Source: Gammaproteobacteria bacterium
GTDB taxonomy: Bacteria > Pseudomonadota > Gammaproteobacteria > JACCYU01
Assembly (NCBI GenBank): GCA_013696315.1
Contig: JACCYU010000092.1
Span: forward strand, 1-60,761
Direction of reading: 5' to 3'
DNA: 60,761 bases
Shown: piece after piece, positions 1 to 9,949 of the stretch
Layout: every line of letters begins with the position of its first letter
How positions within the stretch are numbered: the stretch's first letter is position 1
Made by a program: the position numbers and the translations under genes
Notes under the pieces: model-generated
What the model saw: only the letters and a program-made list of their open reading frames with translations
Told to the model about the DNA's origin: nothing
Databases searched by the model: none

Positions 1-101
1 GTCAACTGGTTGAGTCGCGAGCCGCGACCGCCAGCCAGGATGAGCGCCAGTGTGTCGCGGGTGAGCCGGCTGACGTAGCGGGGCGAGCTCATTGGTTTCA
101 T
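1..101 (-). CDS. glgC: glucose-1-phosphate adenylyltransferase, first 33 codons only (runs off left edge)
   Basis: Own reverse-strand translation from ATG 101..99: [33 protein letters not shown]. It contains the LILAGGxGxRL nucleotide-binding motif of GlgC. Divergent from glgA. Too short for the ORF track. Confidence 0.75.
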   Translation of the reverse strand, partial: MKPMSSPRYVSRLTRDTLALILAGGRGSRLNQL

Positions 102-293
102 GAAATTCAAAGCTCCTTTAAGGGTAGCCGGCGCGATGCGCGGAACGCCACGATGGTCGCGATAAAAATAATCAAACGATAGCATGTGGATAGCATAGTT
201 AAATCGTCAAGCAAAATAGCCGGGGCCGTGGCCATCGATCAAGGGGCTAAAAACGGCGACGAACGCGCTCCTCGCCGAAAAAATCCGGAAAAA

Positions 294-1742
294 ATGAAAG
301 TATTGTTTGCTACCAGTGAGCTGTACCCGCTGATCAAGACCGGTGGGCTTGCGGACGTGAGCGCGAGCCTGGCGGCAGCGCTGAAGGCGCTGGGACATGA
401 TGTGAAGATCATGCTGCCGGCGTATGGGGAGGCGCTGGCCACGGTTGAGCGCACGGAGCCAATCGCACGTCTGTCAGTGATGAATCAGACCGTCGCACTC
501 GAACGCTGCTGGGTGACAGATTCCGGGACCGAGGTCTGGCTGGTGCGTGCGCCGCTGTTCGATCGCCCGGGCAATCCGTACCTTGCCGAAGACGGCGCGC
601 CGTGGCCGGATAACGCGGAGCGCTTCGCGCTGTTCTGCCGCGCGGTGGCCGCGGTCGCGACGGGGCGCGCGGGAGCGGAATGGCGGCCGGACGTGCTGCA
701 TTGTCACGACTGGCAGAGCGGTCTGGCGCCGGCCCTGCTGGCGTCCGAGAAGCGGCGCCCGGCCGTGGTCTACACCATTCACAACCTTTCATATCAGGGC
801 CTGTTTCCGCGCGCAACTTTTGCAGGACTGCATCTGCCGGAAGCGCTGTGGTCGCCGGCGGCGCTGGAGTTTTACGGGCAGTTGTCATTCATGAAAGGCG
901 GGTTGACCTTCAGCGATCGCATCACCGCCGTGAGTCCCGGTTACGCGCGCGAAATCCAGACGCCGCAATTCGGTTGCGGGCTGGATGGACTGCTGCGCAG
1001 TCGCGCCGCGGTGCTCTCCGGCATCGTGAACGGCATCGACGCGCAAGCATGGGACCCGGCGCGCGACCCGTATCTGGTTAAAAATTACAATAGCGACACG
1101 CTGGCTGACAAGCGTGCAAACCGGCAGGCGCTGGAGCACGCGTTAGGTTTGTCGCCGCGCGCGGATTCGATGCTGATCGGCATGATCGGGCGGCTGGTGG
1201 AACAGAAAGGCATCGACCTGCTGCTGGGCGCGCTGCCGGAACTCGTGAAACGGCCGCTGCGCATGGTACTGCTGGGCACGGGTCAGCCGGAATACGAAAT
1301 GGCGCTGGCCGAATGGCAGCAACGTCATCCGGAAATAGTCAGCGTGCGTATCGGTTACAACGAGCAACTTGCGCATCGCATCGAGGGGGGCGCTGATGTG
1401 TTTCTCATGCCGTCGCGCTTCGAGCCCTGCGGTCTCAACCAGATGTACAGCCAGCGATACGGCACCGTACCTATAGTGCGCCGCACCGGCGGGTTGCAGG
1501 ATACGGTTACGGATACGACGGCCGAGACGTGGGCTTCGGGTACCGCGACTGGATTTATATTCGACGAGCCGACCTCGCTTGCCTTGCTGGACACAATCGA
1601 TCAGGCGCTCGCCCTGTACGCAAAGCCGCGTCGCTGGCGCGCGCTCGTCCGCAACGGCATGCGTCAGGATTTTTCCTGGCGACGCAGCGCCGGCGACTAT
1701 GTGTCGGTGTACGGGCAGGCGTTACGCGTCTCCCCGGATTGA
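294..1742 (+). CDS. glgA: glycogen synthase (ADP-glucose type)
   Basis: Track ORF 186..1742. MKVLFATSELYPLIKTGGLADV is the canonical GlgA N-terminus, so ATG 294 is preferred over GTG 186. The C-terminal motif RFEPCGLNQMYSQRYGT is also present. Confidence 0.9.
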   Translation: MKVLFATSELYPLIKTGGLADVSASLAAALKALGHDVKIMLPAYGEALATVERTEPIARLSVMNQTVALERCWVTDSGTEVWLVRAPLFDRPGNPYLAEDGAPWPDNAERFALFCRAVAAVATGRAGAEWRPDVLHCHDWQSGLAPALLASEKRRPAVVYTIHNLSYQGLFPRATFAGLHLPEALWSPAALEFYGQLSFMKGGLTFSDRITAVSPGYAREIQTPQFGCGLDGLLRSRAAVLSGIVNGIDAQAWDPARDPYLVKNYNSDTLADKRANRQALEHALGLSPRADSMLIGMIGRLVEQKGIDLLLGALPELVKRPLRMVLLGTGQPEYEMALAEWQQRHPEIVSVRIGYNEQLAHRIEGGADVFLMPSRFEPCGLNQMYSQRYGTVPIVRRTGGLQDTVTDTTAETWASGTATGFIFDEPTSLALLDTIDQALALYAKPRRWRALVRNGMRQDFSWRRSAGDYVSVYGQALRVSPD

Positions 1743-1829
1743 CGCGGTAAGACGCGCAGCCGCGCGCTGGCGCACGATTGTAATCCTTACAGCCGGACGC
1801 GCCAGATGCGCGCCCGGCGATGATGGATC

Positions 1830-1988
1830 TTATTTTTTTGCGATGATCCAGATCGCGTGAATGATGCCGGGGATGTAGCCCAGGAGGGTCAGCAGTATAT
1901 TGATCCAGAATTGCAGGCCCAGACCGACCTGTAAAAATACGCCAACCGGTGGCAACAGGATCGCGAAAATAATGCGGACGATGTCCAT
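1830..1988 (-). CDS. Pmp3/YqaE-family small hydrophobic proteolipid (52 aa)
   Basis: Own translation: MDIVRIIFAILLPPVGVFLQVGLGLQFWINILLTLLGYIPGIIHAIWIIAKK*. It has two TM helices and the LPPxGV ... GxIHAxW signature of the UPF0057/Pmp3 family. Below the 60-aa cutoff of the ORF track. Confidence 0.7.
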   Translation of the reverse strand: MDIVRIIFAILLPPVGVFLQVGLGLQFWINILLTLLGYIPGIIHAIWIIAKK

Positions 1989-2099
1989 GGTGTCAGGATC
2001 TCCAGGGTGCGGGTGGATTCAGATTCATTTCCGACACGCACCGCCATCCATGGCAGGTTACGCGTCGGTTGTCGCAGGGGTTTACCGGCGCTATGAGGT

Positions 2100-2816
2100 T
2101 TAGCGCCGCCCGCCGACGGCCATATCCTTGGGCGCGCCACTCATGCCCCCAAACGCGGCCGCGAGCGCGCCGAGCAGCAGCGCGATGAAACCGCCAAACG
2201 CCGCCCCCGAAGCAATGGGTGCGACCTGCTTAGTTGTCTGTTTGACTTCCTTACCCGCGCCCGACAGCGCCTGCTCGGCCTGCCGGCGCATCTGACGGTA
2301 TTGCTGCTGGGCCTGATCGATCGCCTGGTTGGCTTCCTGCCGTGCCTGACCCGGATTTTTCTTGATCGTTTCGGCGGCTTCCGGCGCGACCGACTTGACA
2401 CTCTGCCCTGCCACCTGCAACCCCTGTCCGAGTATGCCGGTTACACCGCTTATGGCGCCGCCAACCACTGATGTAGCGAGATACAGGGTAAGCAGCGTTG
2501 CCAGCGCCCAGACGACGATGCCGTTGAGAAAGCCGTCGCCTTTTGCCGGTATGCCAGCAAGACGGCCCGCCATGAAACCGCCGATATACAAGGAGACAAG
2601 AGTGCTTACCACAAGCCAGATGCCCGCACCTATGCCGACGCCGCTCAGCGCCTGGGCGTTTGGATCCATTACGCCCAGACCGATGCCGAGCCCCAGCATG
2701 GAAAGTGTCATCTGGATCACGAGCGCGACCAGCGTGCCCGCGATTATCGCACCCCAGGAAATGCGCTTGACGACTTCATAGTGTTCGCCTGCGTATGTGT
2801 TCGTTTGATTTGCCAT
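2100..2816 (-). CDS. hypothetical Gly/Ala-rich integral membrane protein with Gln-rich coiled segment
   Basis: 238-aa ORF with several predicted TM helices (GAIIAGTLVALVIQMTLSMLGLGIGLG...). A hydrophilic QQQYRQMRRQAEQ segment precedes a last TM. No family recognised. Confidence 0.55.
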   Translation of the reverse strand: MANQTNTYAGEHYEVVKRISWGAIIAGTLVALVIQMTLSMLGLGIGLGVMDPNAQALSGVGIGAGIWLVVSTLVSLYIGGFMAGRLAGIPAKGDGFLNGIVVWALATLLTLYLATSVVGGAISGVTGILGQGLQVAGQSVKSVAPEAAETIKKNPGQARQEANQAIDQAQQQYRQMRRQAEQALSGAGKEVKQTTKQVAPIASGAAFGGFIALLLGALAAAFGGMSGAPKDMAVGGRR

Positions 2817-2941
2817 CAGTTGTGCCTCTTCATTAGATTTGAGTTAAAGGGAAAATGCGCCGCGAGCTTTTTGGTTTCGATTCTCCGTAGCGCGACACGC
2901 GACAGCATACAGCGAGTTACCTGCATGCGACACCCGCTGAA

Positions 2942-4162
2942 TCAAGCAGTTTTCGTTCCATCGATTACCGCAGATAGCCGTTGACGTAAAACCATAGCGC
3001 AGCCACCGCGATCGAAAGCGTTGTTATGGGAATTCCAATCTTCGCAATTCGCTGAAGCCCCGGGCACGCCATGCGCGGCGGCGCGTTCCACGACGATGAT
3101 ATTGGCGAGGCTGCCGGTCAGCAGCAGATTGCCGGAAAGCGTGGTAAACACGGCCAGCGCCGTCAGCACGTCCGCCGGGATGGTCTCCAGCGCCTGCAGG
3201 AGCATCACCACGACAGGTACGTTGCCTATCGTGTTGCTCGCTATCACGGAAAACGGGGTCAGCAGCGACAACCGGTAAGGCAGCAACTCATTAATCTTGC
3301 AGCCAGTCGATCAGGCCGGGTGCGGCCGGCAGGCTTGTGAACGCGGCCGTGACCGTGAACAGACTCGCGATCAGCGCTAGCAGCGACCAGTCCACCTGTC
3401 GCAGCAAAACCGGAGTCGTGATCCGGCGCCCCAGGATCAGAACCGCCGCGAGTTCACGCTGCCCGTCGAAAAACACCACCAGCAGAATCAGCGCTGCGGT
3501 GGCGAGAAAGCTCTTGGCGGTCAGCCAAGGATGAACCTCGACCGGCGGATCGGCGCTAGCCTGGCCGTTCGCCGCACGCAGCGATTGACGCCAAATGGTC
3601 GCGATTACCACGAAGACGATAAACAGCGCGGCGATGGCCGGCACGGCGGCGGTGAGAAAATAGTCGAAGAAACCGAGCCGGCCGATCTCGCCGATCAGAA
3701 TATTCTGCGGATTGCCGATCAGGCTGGCGGCCGAACCCGCGTTCGCGCTGCCCGCCAGCGCCAGCAGAAACGGCCGCGGGTCCAGCTCGCGCGCGTAACG
3801 CGACACACAGCAGCGGCGTAAAAGCGAACAGCACGATATCGTTAACCAGCACCACGGACAGCTTGCCACCGACCAGCACGACAGGACTGGCGTCAACACG
3901 ACTGAGCAACGCGCCTGTGAAATCAAAACAATGCGCGGCCGCGAAATGTCCGCCGAGAATCATCAGCGCGAACAGCAGCAGCAGGGTCGGCAGTTCCAGG
4001 GCGTGCGGTAACTGCGCGACGCCAAGCGCACCGCTCGCCAGCAACACGATCATGCCGGTCAATGCGAGCCCGGTACGGTCCACGGCCAGCCCGGGAATGC
4101 GCCCCGGCCATGCGCACGTACACCGCGATGAATACGCCTGTGATTAGCGCCGTATCGACCAC
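2942..4162 (-). pseudogene. ArsB/NhaD-superfamily anion permease, disrupted by three frame changes
   Basis: Four consecutive minus-strand ORF pieces (3923..4162, 3556..4083, 3291..3926, 2942..3286) read as one permease when joined: ...ALITGVFIAVYV / RIPGLAVDRTGLALTGMIVLLASGA...FTPLLCV / SRYARELDPRPFLLALAGSANAGSAASLIGNPQNILIGE... / KINELLPYRLSLLTPFSVIASNTIGNVPVVVML. Frame switches lie near 4100, 3805 and 3297. Confidence 0.7.
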
Positions 4163-4272
4163 ACCGCAGGGCCGCGTAAAGCGTCTCGCGTTTCTCCGGG
4201 CCGAACCGCGATTTCGAAGTTCTTGGAGTCAACTTTGTTATCGGGCCACATTACGCTGAACCATTTGCCCCA

Positions 4273-6324
4273 TCACTCAAGCAGCGCTTTCAATAGCGCG
4301 TCCGGCGTATCCGAGTAGAACGGGATGTTGACACGCGTTGCCATATCATCGGAAAGCTCAACAAGTTGCTTGCGAGCGGAGACTGGCATCAGAACCGTAG
4401 CCGCCCCCTTCTCTACGGCTACCTCGACGATGCCAACGGCATTCGCTAACGGCTCCACCGAGCCACCGAGGTTCAATGCGCCAACCACGATCAGGCCACC
4501 TTTCATGCTCTTTTCTAACAGCCCGCTGCAAAGAGCCATCAATGCCGGCAGACCAAGAGCAGTCCCGGTACGGTCGTTGTCTATCGCGCGCAGCTGTACG
4601 GAGAACTCATGCGAACGCGGATCCCTATCCCCAACCAGTTCCTTTGCCCGCGTGTACAGGTTCTGCTCGGCGTAACGCACGCTCTCGCGGAACGCCGGCG
4701 GGACCGGGGCGTTCAGTATCTTGACGCCGCTACCCCGGCCGACGGTGGCCTCAATGCGGTAGAGGCTGGCGCCCGTCTCCAGGCCGCCCGGACTGATGCC
4801 CCACACCTGCCCTGGCGGCAGTGGGTCGAGCTCAATGGCTTCGTCGCTGTGCAGCTCTGGGGTCGTAACGAACTTCTCGATGCCGTCTTCGCCCATTGCG
4901 TAACTGAAATGCGTGTTGCGGAACTCGCTCTTGAACACCCGCTTCTGTTGTTCCTTGACCCGGCGACGCATTTCGAGGGCAACCCGGACCATCGCCTCCA
5001 GTTCATCGTCCGGGATGACCATCTCCGGGTCTGGATAAAGCAATTTCAGTAGGCCGCTTACGGTCTTGTTGACCGCCGTGATGTCCCGTCCGCTAAGCGC
5101 CCCGCCATAGTTCACGCGGCCCTGTAGCGCGGGAGTCCGACTGCCCGTCCGCAGCCGACTCCAGCACTCGGACAGAAAGTCACTGACCAAACCGAAGTGG
5201 TCCGTGAAGTGCTCGTTCGGACTCAACTTCGGGAAGTCCCACCCCGGCACATAGGCATGAATGCGGTCCATGAAAGCCGTGTCGTCCCGCATCTCTGGGG
5301 GTAGCGGGCTTAGGAGGTGCCCAAACCGCTGCTGGTGCGAGACCTCCACATTGAGGTTGCCGACCATGACGATACCCTCGGCCCTGATGCTCTCCTTGCC
5401 ACGGGAGAACTCCCCGGATTCCATGTATCCCTTGAGGATGTTCACGCCATCTTTCTGATCAAATGACACGCCCGAGATTTCATCGAAGCAGACCACGTCG
5501 TACTGGCAAACCAAGCCGCGTTGTCCTGTTCCCATATGAACGAACATCTTGGCCACCGTCGCCTTGCCGCCCGAAATCAGATGGGCGTAGGGAGAAATCT
5601 GCTGGAACAGGTGACTCTTCCCCGTCCCGCGGGGACCCAGCTCGACCATGTTGTAGTTCCGTTCTACGAACGGCACCATCCGGACAAGCGCCACCAACTG
5701 CGCCCGCTCCGAGAGCGCAGCTGGCTCGAGCCCAACGCTGCGGAGCAGAACACTTTTCCATTCTTCGCTGGTGAAGTCGTGTCGTCCGCGTTTGAGCGTA
5801 TCCAGTACATCGGCCTTGGACAGCTGAATGGCTCGAAGGCTGTCGATTGCGAAAGGACGGCCCCCTTTCTCTTGTGCGATGGCAGCGTCGTAGCTCAGCG
5901 TGACTTCGGCATAAAAGCCATCAGTGAGCATGCGCTCATGCTGCTTGACCAGACTGTCGTCGATGCGAACGTCTTTGATTGCGAGACTGGGGAGTTCGGC
6001 GACGAACGAGTCCGTCTTGGCGTCAAGCTTCGCTCTGACAATATCGATGAGCTTGATCGAGCCCAGGTCGCGGGCTCTCGCCTTGAAGAGCTCCACTTCG
6101 CCCGTTCTCACTGTCCGGTCAGCCAGCTGACGTTCGACGATCGTCAGCCCTTCCTCGATCTCCTGCTCGTCCGTGCTCGCGCAGTACCGCCCGAGAAGAA
6201 ACTCGACCACATACGTCGGCACCGGATACTGGCGGCTGTACTTGCGCACCAGGTCCTTACGTACCAGGTAGCCTTCAAACGCCGTCGCCGCCAAGCGATC
6301 GAGTTGATCGAGTACCACTTTCAA
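4273..6324 (-). CDS. brxL: BREX system Lon-protease-like ATPase BrxL
   Basis: 683 aa. Features: N-terminus FEGYLVRKDLVRKYSRQYPVPTYVVEFLLGRY, Walker A GPRGTGKSH, and a C-terminal Lon-like domain. Last gene of the canonical BREX-1 order. TTG start overlaps the pglZ stop (TTGA). Confidence 0.9.
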   Translation of the reverse strand: MKVVLDQLDRLAATAFEGYLVRKDLVRKYSRQYPVPTYVVEFLLGRYCASTDEQEIEEGLTIVERQLADRTVRTGEVELFKARARDLGSIKLIDIVRAKLDAKTDSFVAELPSLAIKDVRIDDSLVKQHERMLTDGFYAEVTLSYDAAIAQEKGGRPFAIDSLRAIQLSKADVLDTLKRGRHDFTSEEWKSVLLRSVGLEPAALSERAQLVALVRMVPFVERNYNMVELGPRGTGKSHLFQQISPYAHLISGGKATVAKMFVHMGTGQRGLVCQYDVVCFDEISGVSFDQKDGVNILKGYMESGEFSRGKESIRAEGIVMVGNLNVEVSHQQRFGHLLSPLPPEMRDDTAFMDRIHAYVPGWDFPKLSPNEHFTDHFGLVSDFLSECWSRLRTGSRTPALQGRVNYGGALSGRDITAVNKTVSGLLKLLYPDPEMVIPDDELEAMVRVALEMRRRVKEQQKRVFKSEFRNTHFSYAMGEDGIEKFVTTPELHSDEAIELDPLPPGQVWGISPGGLETGASLYRIEATVGRGSGVKILNAPVPPAFRESVRYAEQNLYTRAKELVGDRDPRSHEFSVQLRAIDNDRTGTALGLPALMALCSGLLEKSMKGGLIVVGALNLGGSVEPLANAVGIVEVAVEKGAATVLMPVSARKQLVELSDDMATRVNIPFYSDTPDALLKALLE

Positions 6325-8702
6325 TCCTCACCCCCGATGATCGTGGGTTGTTTAGTAATCACGTGGCCGCTTGCATCGAGCACGACCACGACAGCCGGCG
6401 TACCTGCAAGCTCGTCATCAGCAACCAGAAGGCTTGCCGCACCTTTGGCATCCACTGGTCGCACGTTGCTGACGCTCGAGCCCGGGTCGTTGACCTTCGT
6501 TCGCAGATCGACGGACAGCCCAGGCTGAGCGGACTCAATCTGCACCCTGCAGCGCAGGCCGGCCCAGGAGACGCCAGCCACCTTCGCTGCCGTCTTGGGA
6601 GTACTCGCGCCAGCGGTGACCCGGATGACGGGCACGAGACTCTCCTGCAGACTCAAGCCCCCGTGGGTGTATTCGTTACCCGCACAGAAACACGCGATAC
6701 CGGGCGCAACGGCTACACGTTCGTGCGCATTCCAGTGCCACCGCACGGTCGGTACCCCGACTTTCGATCCGCCCTTGATCGCGGCGCAGCGCGCCCACCG
6801 GCTCGCCGTGAGATATTTCGGGAGATCGACCTTGGGCAGCCCACCTGGAAGCCACAGCCAGCCGTGGTCCGTCACCACGCGGATTTCACGCCACCCGGCA
6901 TCCAGAAGGGATTCGATGCGTTCGAGCAGTAAGTCAACCTGGTCTTCAATTCGACCGGCGAGTTTCCCTTGCAATGAGTGGCCCAGCTTGTCGAGTTCCT
7001 CGTTCTCGGTCCAACCTCGACCCGATGGGTCGCCCGTCTCATCCACCCCAACATACTGATAGCCCGCCGCAGACAGCAGCTTGCGGAACCGATCCGTGGT
7101 CAGCGGTTGTTCAGTGTCTGCCGTCGCGGGCAGAAAATCCTCGCCGAGGGATAATCCCTTGATGTCCTCTGCCACCGGAGACACTGCCGGTTTCGCAGTT
7201 GCCGTGACCGTCGGCAGGCCGGCCCAGCGGGTTGACATCATCACGGACCAGCCCTTCGCCCGCATGCGCTCCGCCAGGCCTTGCGAAACGTCTAAGCGGA
7301 GCCCATCCGCGAACTGGATCATCCCGCCGGATTCGACTTGTACATCCTCCATCCCCTGCCCATCGTAACCAGGAAGGGGTTCCTTTTCGGCCAACTCTTG
7401 CAGGTGCTCAGCCGCCGACTCCAGCCAGGGACGGTATATGGCGTTCAACGCCTTGCTTAGAGCCTGGGCGTCAGCGGACCATTTCACCGCGGCCATCGTG
7501 GAAAGCGCCGCAGCGTCCGCCTCCCATGCCGCATCGACATACAGCTTGGCCATATCGGCCGCTGTTGCACCGCCGAGTTTGCTCGACGTGCGCGCAGCGA
7601 GCACCGCCAAGTGCGCGAGGGCGTTCGCCAACGGCGCCTGATCGAGCCTCGCCCAGACCCAGCCACGTCTCAGACCGTGGGTCTTCTCCAGCGAAAGAAT
7701 CTGCGCGCGCGCGGCCGCTGGCGATTTTTTCTCGAGGTCAAGGAGAGCTTGTCGGAGACTCGCCTCCGCTTCCTCGTTGCGCTGCGGCCAAGGTGAAGGA
7801 TCGGAGAGTAGATCCGTCTGAAAGGGCATGGCCTTACGCAACAACTCCGGCACGCCCGGGTACAACGTCGGCGATTCGGCAAAACGCTCCCACACGCGCC
7901 CCCACGGGCCCGCCCTCTGTCCGAGCAGCTCAGCTGCTACCAGCTCGCCATCCTTGTCCGGATCAAACTTGAGGTCCGCCTTGCAACGCGACTTGAAAGC
8001 GCTCCAGCGTCCGCTGTTCCAACCGGACTTCACCGCGTCCGGGTCGCTCAGCCAGAGCAGCAAGTCTTTTGCGGGGTCATCGGAGAAGAGCTTATCGAAA
8101 TCCTCTGCTTCGAGATGCTTGCCTTTGAGCCTTTCCACCGACGTCGTCGCCAGCTCGGTAAGCGCGCCCACCATCGACCGACGGGTGGCTGCATCGCGCG
8201 CCACATCCAGACCAAGCCCGCCGTCTTCGGCGACCAGGAATGCCTCGACGCTCCAGTCCTTGCCGTTCTTCTGGGTCCAGCACACACCTCGGTATTGAAG
8301 CTCCACCAGCGGCTTGAGGCTATCCGGGCACTCCTGGACGGCCCTGAGTTCCTGCCGGCTGACCCCGGGCAGGTAGATAATCGGTATTGTTCCCTCTTGG
8401 ATCGCGACGTCTGGGAGCGCACGGTCGACCACGCTGCGTAACCAGATCGCCGGGCCGATGCGCTGCTCAGGCTGGTACTCCCCAAACGTCAGAAGCTGTG
8501 GCAGCAGCCGCCGAAGCTGGGGAACGACTGGCTGCCATTGAGCATCTTGATCCGTCCACAAGACGGCGTACGGATGCACAACATCGTTCGGGTTGTACCT
8601 CACTGCACCCTCCAGCGAGCGAACCAAAGACTCAACGACGGTAATACTCGAGTGGACTGCTTGGGTTCTCACCGTATCGCCTTCTTCACGATACACCTGC
8701 AA
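6321..8702 (-). CDS. pglZ: BREX-1 alkaline-phosphatase-superfamily protein PglZ
   Basis: 793 aa with N-terminal YAVLWTDQDAQW and the PglZ core IRVVTDHGWLWLPGG. Sits directly upstream of brxL. Start is uncertain: TTG 8702, GTG 8696 or a later GTG. Confidence 0.9.
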   Translation of the reverse strand: MQVYREEGDTVRTQAVHSSITVVESLVRSLEGAVRYNPNDVVHPYAVLWTDQDAQWQPVVPQLRRLLPQLLTFGEYQPEQRIGPAIWLRSVVDRALPDVAIQEGTIPIIYLPGVSRQELRAVQECPDSLKPLVELQYRGVCWTQKNGKDWSVEAFLVAEDGGLGLDVARDAATRRSMVGALTELATTSVERLKGKHLEAEDFDKLFSDDPAKDLLLWLSDPDAVKSGWNSGRWSAFKSRCKADLKFDPDKDGELVAAELLGQRAGPWGRVWERFAESPTLYPGVPELLRKAMPFQTDLLSDPSPWPQRNEEAEASLRQALLDLEKKSPAAARAQILSLEKTHGLRRGWVWARLDQAPLANALAHLAVLAARTSSKLGGATAADMAKLYVDAAWEADAAALSTMAAVKWSADAQALSKALNAIYRPWLESAAEHLQELAEKEPLPGYDGQGMEDVQVESGGMIQFADGLRLDVSQGLAERMRAKGWSVMMSTRWAGLPTVTATAKPAVSPVAEDIKGLSLGEDFLPATADTEQPLTTDRFRKLLSAAGYQYVGVDETGDPSGRGWTENEELDKLGHSLQGKLAGRIEDQVDLLLERIESLLDAGWREIRVVTDHGWLWLPGGLPKVDLPKYLTASRWARCAAIKGGSKVGVPTVRWHWNAHERVAVAPGIACFCAGNEYTHGGLSLQESLVPVIRVTAGASTPKTAAKVAGVSWAGLRCRVQIESAQPGLSVDLRTKVNDPGSSVSNVRPVDAKGAASLLVADDELAGTPAVVVVLDASGHVITKQPTIIGGED

Positions 8703-9948
8703 CGTAAATCGTCAGCATGAGTTCCGATTCGTCGACCAGACGGTATTCCGGGGCTTTTCCTGACAGTTGTTCGCTGCGAGACAAGATGATCGGCACACCT
8801 TCACCGCGTTTGTCCATGATGTGGGAGCGATGAGCTGCAAACTCGTCTCCCTCAACCGGACAGCGCGCGAGTAGACTAGTAATGGCTTCGTTACGGGCGG
8901 CTTGCCGATAAGGCAGGCTCTCAGGCGTCATGGTGTTGGCAAGTAGTCCCAGCGTGTACAGCTCCAGCCTGTCGTCGAACAACCGCAGGCGCACCTTGCT
9001 GCCCGCCATCGAATAGTCGCGATGCGCGACGGCGTTGGTCACCGCCTCGAAGACGGCGAGCATGTCGTACTGCGGCAAGTCCTCGCGCCCGCCCTCCGCG
9101 CGCTTTCGAGCCGCACTCTGCATATTCTTTCGCACGAAGTCGCAAGCATCGAAGATCTGGTGGTCCAGTGAACCTGTAATGTTTCGGGCATCGCGCTGAT
9201 AAGCCGACTCGATTTGCGGTGCAATCACTGACCCCCGGTAGGCCACGGCCTGAACGAAGGCGCCGGGCAGGAACCGCTCGGGTTCCCGGCAAGCCATGAG
9301 CACTCCGGCCACGGTGGGCCGCCACACGTCAGCATCATCTTGCGAAGCCATTGCCAACTTGGCGAGCAGCTGTTCGGGCGCGTCGGTCGAGCGCAGCGTG
9401 CCGAAGCGACGCCACAATGGCTCTTCGAGATCGGCAAGCGTCGCCCGCGGCACCGGCGTTTCATCAAAACGAATCAGACGGGCTTGGCTGCGCTGCTGGA
9501 AAAGTCGCGCCAGTTGATCGGGTGGTATAGGTCGCTTCGATGATCCAACCCGATGACAATATCCCGCCGGACTTTGGTGCACGAACAGACTGGGCGGCAC
9601 TTCGATGCGTATTACAGGCTGCTCCGTCCCTCCGCTGTCTGGCAGCGTAAGCCGCTCGATCACCGGTGCCGCAGGCGGCTTGATCGAGTCCTCGCACGCC
9701 TGGCGCACCATCGTTTCCACGGCATCAAGCCGATCGACGGGAATGCCCAGTACCTCGCGCGTTTTGTCATGCACCCCCAATACCAACACGCCGCCGCGGC
9801 TGTTGGCGAAGGCAGCCAGCCGATCGGCAAGGTCGTTCTGTCCAGGGCCACGAATCTTACCGCTGGCAAAACGCACCTCCTTCAGTTCCAGGAAACTGTC
9901 TTCGCCCAGTCGAATCTTTTCGAGCAGTTCGCTGCGTGTCGCGAACAT
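8686..9948 (-). CDS. AlbA_2 (Schlafen-like, 'divergent AAA_4') + HATPase_c_4 domain protein, BREX-embedded
   Basis: 420 aa. The N-terminus ESxFLELKEV...LADRLAAFANSRGGVLVLGV is typical of the AlbA_2/Schlafen-type DNA/RNA-binding domain. The C-terminal EAVTNAVAHRDY motif is typical of HATPase_c_4. The ATG lies 1 nt after the upstream stop, with a GGGAGG SD inside the upstream gene. Confidence 0.75.
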   Translation of the reverse strand: MFATRSELLEKIRLGEDSFLELKEVRFASGKIRGPGQNDLADRLAAFANSRGGVLVLGVHDKTREVLGIPVDRLDAVETMVRQACEDSIKPPAAPVIERLTLPDSGGTEQPVIRIEVPPSLFVHQSPAGYCHRVGSSKRPIPPDQLARLFQQRSQARLIRFDETPVPRATLADLEEPLWRRFGTLRSTDAPEQLLAKLAMASQDDADVWRPTVAGVLMACREPERFLPGAFVQAVAYRGSVIAPQIESAYQRDARNITGSLDHQIFDACDFVRKNMQSAARKRAEGGREDLPQYDMLAVFEAVTNAVAHRDYSMAGSKVRLRLFDDRLELYTLGLLANTMTPESLPYRQAARNEAITSLLARCPVEGDEFAAHRSHIMDKRGEGVPIILSRSEQLSGKAPEYRLVDESELMLTIYVAGVS

Positions 9949-9949
9949 G

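Noticed and set aside
186-293. GTG-initiated 36-codon N-terminal extension of glgA.
   Set aside because: The GlgA consensus N-terminus (MKVLFATSE...KTGGLADV) starts at ATG 294, and the extension lies in the glgC-glgA divergent promoter region.
5521-6528. Long antisense ORFs inside well-supported genes: 5521..6528 +, 15230..16264 +, 23967..24908 -, 50695..51681 +, 56228..57145 -, 9605..10438 +, and dozens of 60-250-aa ORFs.
   Set aside because: They are Arg/Ala/Pro/His/Gly-rich with no recognisable motifs, and each fully overlaps a gene with strong family signatures on the other strand. This is the expected artefact of stop-codon-poor high-GC DNA.
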